Below are positions 60,500 to 64,000 of a DNA stretch of 64,000 nt, in pieces. Numbering within the stretch: position 1 is the stretch's first letter; each line of letters opens with the position of its first letter. The stretch covers positions 5,927,102-5,991,101 of the forward strand of contig NW_002060944.1 in the NCBI RefSeq assembly GCF_000150275.1, in the 5' to 3' direction. The position numbers and the translations under genes were made by a program. This DNA comes from Trichoplax adhaerens (Eukaryota; Animalia; Placozoa). Below the pieces are notes generated by a model. That model was not told the DNA's origin, did no database searches, and saw nothing but the letters and a program-made list of their open reading frames with translations.

Positions 60500-62800
60500 G
60501 GTACTAGACTAGAATGACTTGACAAAACTACAGTATGTACTGGTGAAGTTGAAGAAATTCGATTGCGCTCGAATGATGGTATCGCCCTGGTGCAGTTCTT
60601 AATCAATGTTTTTTGTCTTATGAAGATGGTCTTGAAGGTCGTTTCAAACTGGTTTGCCTATCGTTTTGAGATGTGGGTAAATTAAGGCAATAGCGCGTAA
60701 CAGTATGTCTTCGAAGAGGATGTCTGTAATTTCTATTTTGATGAATGCTGCCTAGTGCATACATTTATCTTGTTACCAAGGGGTTTCTATATTTTACACT
60801 GTACTCTTTTGTACAGTACAGTATGGCAAACTACAGTTGGACCGAGTAATTATGCATCATTAATCTTCATTCTATTTTTTTTTTTATTTATGCCTTGTGC
60901 AATGTGCATGCAATCCATTCTGTCCACTGTAGTAATGTCAAAATGCCGGTGAACTTGTGGTCTGTGGGTGTCAACTGTCATACAATTAGCCAGCGGCGTG
61001 ATGACCCGGTAAGGCGGTACTGTGCCTCTCAGTGCTGATTGTTAAAACACCGACCCAGAGACCCTGAGGGGACGGGACATACTGTACTGTACAGTACAAC
61101 CCTACCGTACAATATACTGTACTTTTTTTAAACTTTCAACTTTTATTTACTGTACCAGTACTCGGAAATTCCAGGATGTTATTGTTATTATTATTATTGT
61201 AGTGATTGTTCTATTATTATTGTTATTTATTATTATCATAATACTGTCATGGTTTAAGTAAACGGCTGCTTGCTCTGTTAAATGAGCACATTATCGTAAA
61301 CCGTCAGTAAAGCGACGGGAGTTTGCACTAGTAATATTATGAATGACAAGCACTGCTGCGATAGGCTGCTAACAGGGTTAATATCGATAGAGCTCTTGAA
61401 AGGTCGAAACACTTCCATTCAGGAAAGGATATGGTATGCAATTGAAGTGCTAGTATCAAATCGTACTTCAGGTAAAGCGCAGATATTGGGGAGTAAGTGA
61501 CTGGTGTGGTCTCGCACGACGCGCGTACAGTATGCTACTTTATTCAACTATCTAGGTGAACTAACAATACAGTACAGTCAGTATACCGTACGATCGGAAA
61601 TGGGAAAGCACGCATTTTGATGTTATCTACACGACTCCTATCACATGTTGCATGCATGCTTCCTTTTACAGTACAGTACTGTACTACAGTCCTACTCAGT
61701 ATACTGTACACTGTACAGTACAGTACAGTACAGTCTACGCTTGCTAATGACAGTACAGTACACTGAGTGTACAGTACAGTACAGCATATCCATGGTACAG
61801 TACTGTACTGTACACTGTACTGTACAGTATTGTAGTACTGTACGATAGTCCCCGCCCGACTCACACTTCTCTCATTCCGGGCTGTAATCCTGTACCATTC
61901 ACTGAGTGTTCAGTAAAGTACAGTACAGTACTGTAAACGATCTTCTACTGTACTGTACAGTACTGTACACTGTACAGTACAGTGTACACTACAGAACACT
62001 ACTGTAGCTGGCAGTGGATACAGTACTGTATTGTATTCAGTAGTTCGGCATTTTTTACTGGTATTACTGCGCAAATGTTACCTACAGACTACAGTACTGT
62101 ACAGTACTGCCAAAAGGTTTTACTATTAATAACGGCAGCATAGTAAGCATAATCGATCCATTCGATCAGAATACTGTACTGTACTGTGGACTGATTTGAA
62201 CGAGTGATGGATGGACCGACTGATGAACTCCCACATTTGTTCGACCTGGGAAAGGTTCGGTTCAGATGGACGGACGTTTCTTACCCAAAGGAGGCTGTCA
62301 ATATTGAAAAATGACTAGTTACACTTAGTATGGATCTTCCATATCTGTTTTCCACATCCACTGGTACTAATTCAAATAACATTTACGATCTTACATAGCT
62401 ATTTCCTAGAAAAACTCAAAAGTAAGAAGATGGTACAGTATGACATAGTATTTGCTGACCAGCTTACATACTGTACTATACACTGTACAGTGTATGCCAT
62501 AATACCAATCAATTTTATAGTTGTGTAATGTACCAGGGACGGCCGTGAAATTTTTTAACTGTGAGTCAGTTTTATAGTGTGACTTGGCAGGGGAGACAGG
62601 GACTTCCGGGGTAGCAGTGAGTGGAATCCCACTCATGGCCATGGGTCGAGTAGTCCTACTGTACAGTACAGTAGTCCCTGACTGGACGCACAGTACGCTA
62701 CAGTACATTGTATTCTGTATCACAATTAGCGAGCAATCGACGTACTGTACTGTAATGCCTGTTAATGCTGTGGTTTGCAAAGAAGTTGAAAGGAACGAGA
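60500..62800. promoter_or_regulatory. Divergent promoter region with the largest CAGTA/TACTG arrays in the window
   Basis: Lies between the ATG at 60225 (-) and the ATG at 63014 (+). Near-pure pentamer runs at 61665-61845 and 61915-62190. Confidence 0.6.
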
Positions 62801-63013
62801 AAGATTTTTGGACCTGTTGTTATCGCAATAACGACCGAATAATAACGGTAAGAAACGTCAGTGAGGGTCTTACGTTAACTATGATATGCACTATAAGCAT
62901 GCTGTAGTGCGAAACATCAATCCTACAGTTGTATTTGGTTCACTGATACAGTCACTGTCTAGAAAACAAGTACAGTAATTTGGATTCTCGGTCGTTGAGT
63001 GGCTGCTTGTGAT

Positions 63014-64000
63014 ATGGAAGAGCAACGCACTAGCACTTATTGCACTGTTTATATGGATGATGATAATCTTGACGATAACACTTGTGATGCAAGCAGTAGT
63101 GTTGATAATGGAATAGGTGATTCTATCGCTGACTGGGCAACTATCACATTGCAGCCAGACTTGAAAGATGAAGAAGAAAAGCATTTAAGCAAGTCATGTT
63201 ATGGCCATAACAGAACAATTATTCATTTAGATATTGATTGTTTTTATGCTCAAGTCGAAATGGCTAAAAATAGCAGTTTACGAAATAAACCGGTTGGTAT
63301 ACGTCAAAAACATATCATTGTCACTTCCAACTATCCTGCCAGAGAACGGGGCGTTGGCAAGCTAATTCCTTTAACTAAAGCCTTGGAAAAATGTCCTGAT
63401 TTAATAGTAATTAATGGTGAAGATCTAACGGAGTATCGAGAAGTCAGTTTTAAGGTCACTGATTACCTGAAGAAGTTCTCTACTAAAGTTCATAGGCTAG
63501 GATTTGATGAGAATTACATCGATGTTACTGAGCTCGTCCAGTGCAGACTTAATCAATTTCAAGGTAGGTTGTGTAAAAGCACAGTAGCTGCTAGCTACAG
63601 TACTCTAGCCAGACAATAATGATTATAATGTACGTGTACTGTATTACTAAGTGCATCTAAGCTATACTGTAGACTGCTAGTTTTAGGGCTTCAAAACCAA
63701 TAGTTAAATCAAATTAATTAATCAGAATATATATCAGGCATACACGACATAAAATGTTCGAATTGTACATTATTTATGAAACTTGATTGTAATCATTGCA
63801 TATAGATCGCACCGAAGACCTACAATCTTTACAAGTTGTAGGGTACTTATATCAGAACAGTAACACGGTTAAAGCACAGGCTTGTGATTGCAATTGCCGA
63901 TTACGAATGATAATTGGCTCGCAAATTGCGGCTGAAATGCGCCAAGGACTGTGGAATGTTTTCAGCTTGACATCAAGCGGTGGTATCGCCCACAACAAGA
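63014..64000 (+). CDS. POLI: DNA polymerase iota (Y family), 5' part, truncated by window end
   Basis: Exon 63014-63563 (IIHLDIDCFYAQVEM, RQKHIIVTSNYPAR, GEDLTEYREVS, RLGFDENYIDVT) and exon from 63806 (RMIIGSQIAAEMR...LTSSGGIAHNK). GFDE and GSQIAAEMR are iota-type. Confidence 0.93.

Noticed and set aside
61370-61385. TAACCCT on the minus strand as a telomerase RNA template
   Set aside because: Only 7 nt match, and no recognisable pseudoknot or CR4/5 follows.
61544-61864. ORFs rich in YSTVQ/YCTVL (also 3701, 22688, 22693, 51639, 51815, 61645, 62406, 62584)
   Set aside because: They are translations of the stop-free CAGTA/TACTG pentamer, not proteins.
62215-62265. CTGATGA...GAAA hammerhead-like core
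   Set aside because: Stem II does not close directly next to the core and no stem III/NUH cleavage site can be built.
61665-62760. TACTGT...ACAGTA upstream of a Y-family polymerase resembles LexA SOS boxes
   Set aside because: Spacing is not consistently CTGT-N8-ACAG, the same arrays precede unrelated genes, and animals have no LexA.

Overview
AT-rich, compact animal genomic DNA with many introns of about 55-100 nt. My inference is an early-branching metazoan, most likely a placozoan (Trichoplax-like). Nine protein-coding genes can be rebuilt by manual splicing: a SKICH/coiled-coil autophagy receptor (CALCOCO/TAX1BP1 family, -), a 4-exon 89-aa NCBP2AS2-like microprotein that the ORF track misses (+), MLX (+), chimaerin (-), a nucleoside hydrolase (+), a PDE11-like GAF-GAF phosphodiesterase (+), STK11IP (-), aralar/citrin SLC25A12/13 (-) and the 5' part of DNA polymerase iota (+). 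The most striking non-genic pattern is a set of fold-back (CAGTA)n/(TACTG)n pentamer arrays. They are dense upstream of most genes, especially in the three divergent promoters, weak upstream of MLX and PDE11, and absent from the two tail-to-tail junctions. The same regions carry CA(G/T)GGAC...GTCC(C/A)TG inverted pairs and GC-rich hairpins. Also present are three unrelated tandem arrays with periods near 140 bp and a gene-free island (about 6-9.7 kb) that looks like decayed coding sequence. Family assignments come from recalled motifs, not database searches. Exon coordinates were read by eye and may be a few bases off.
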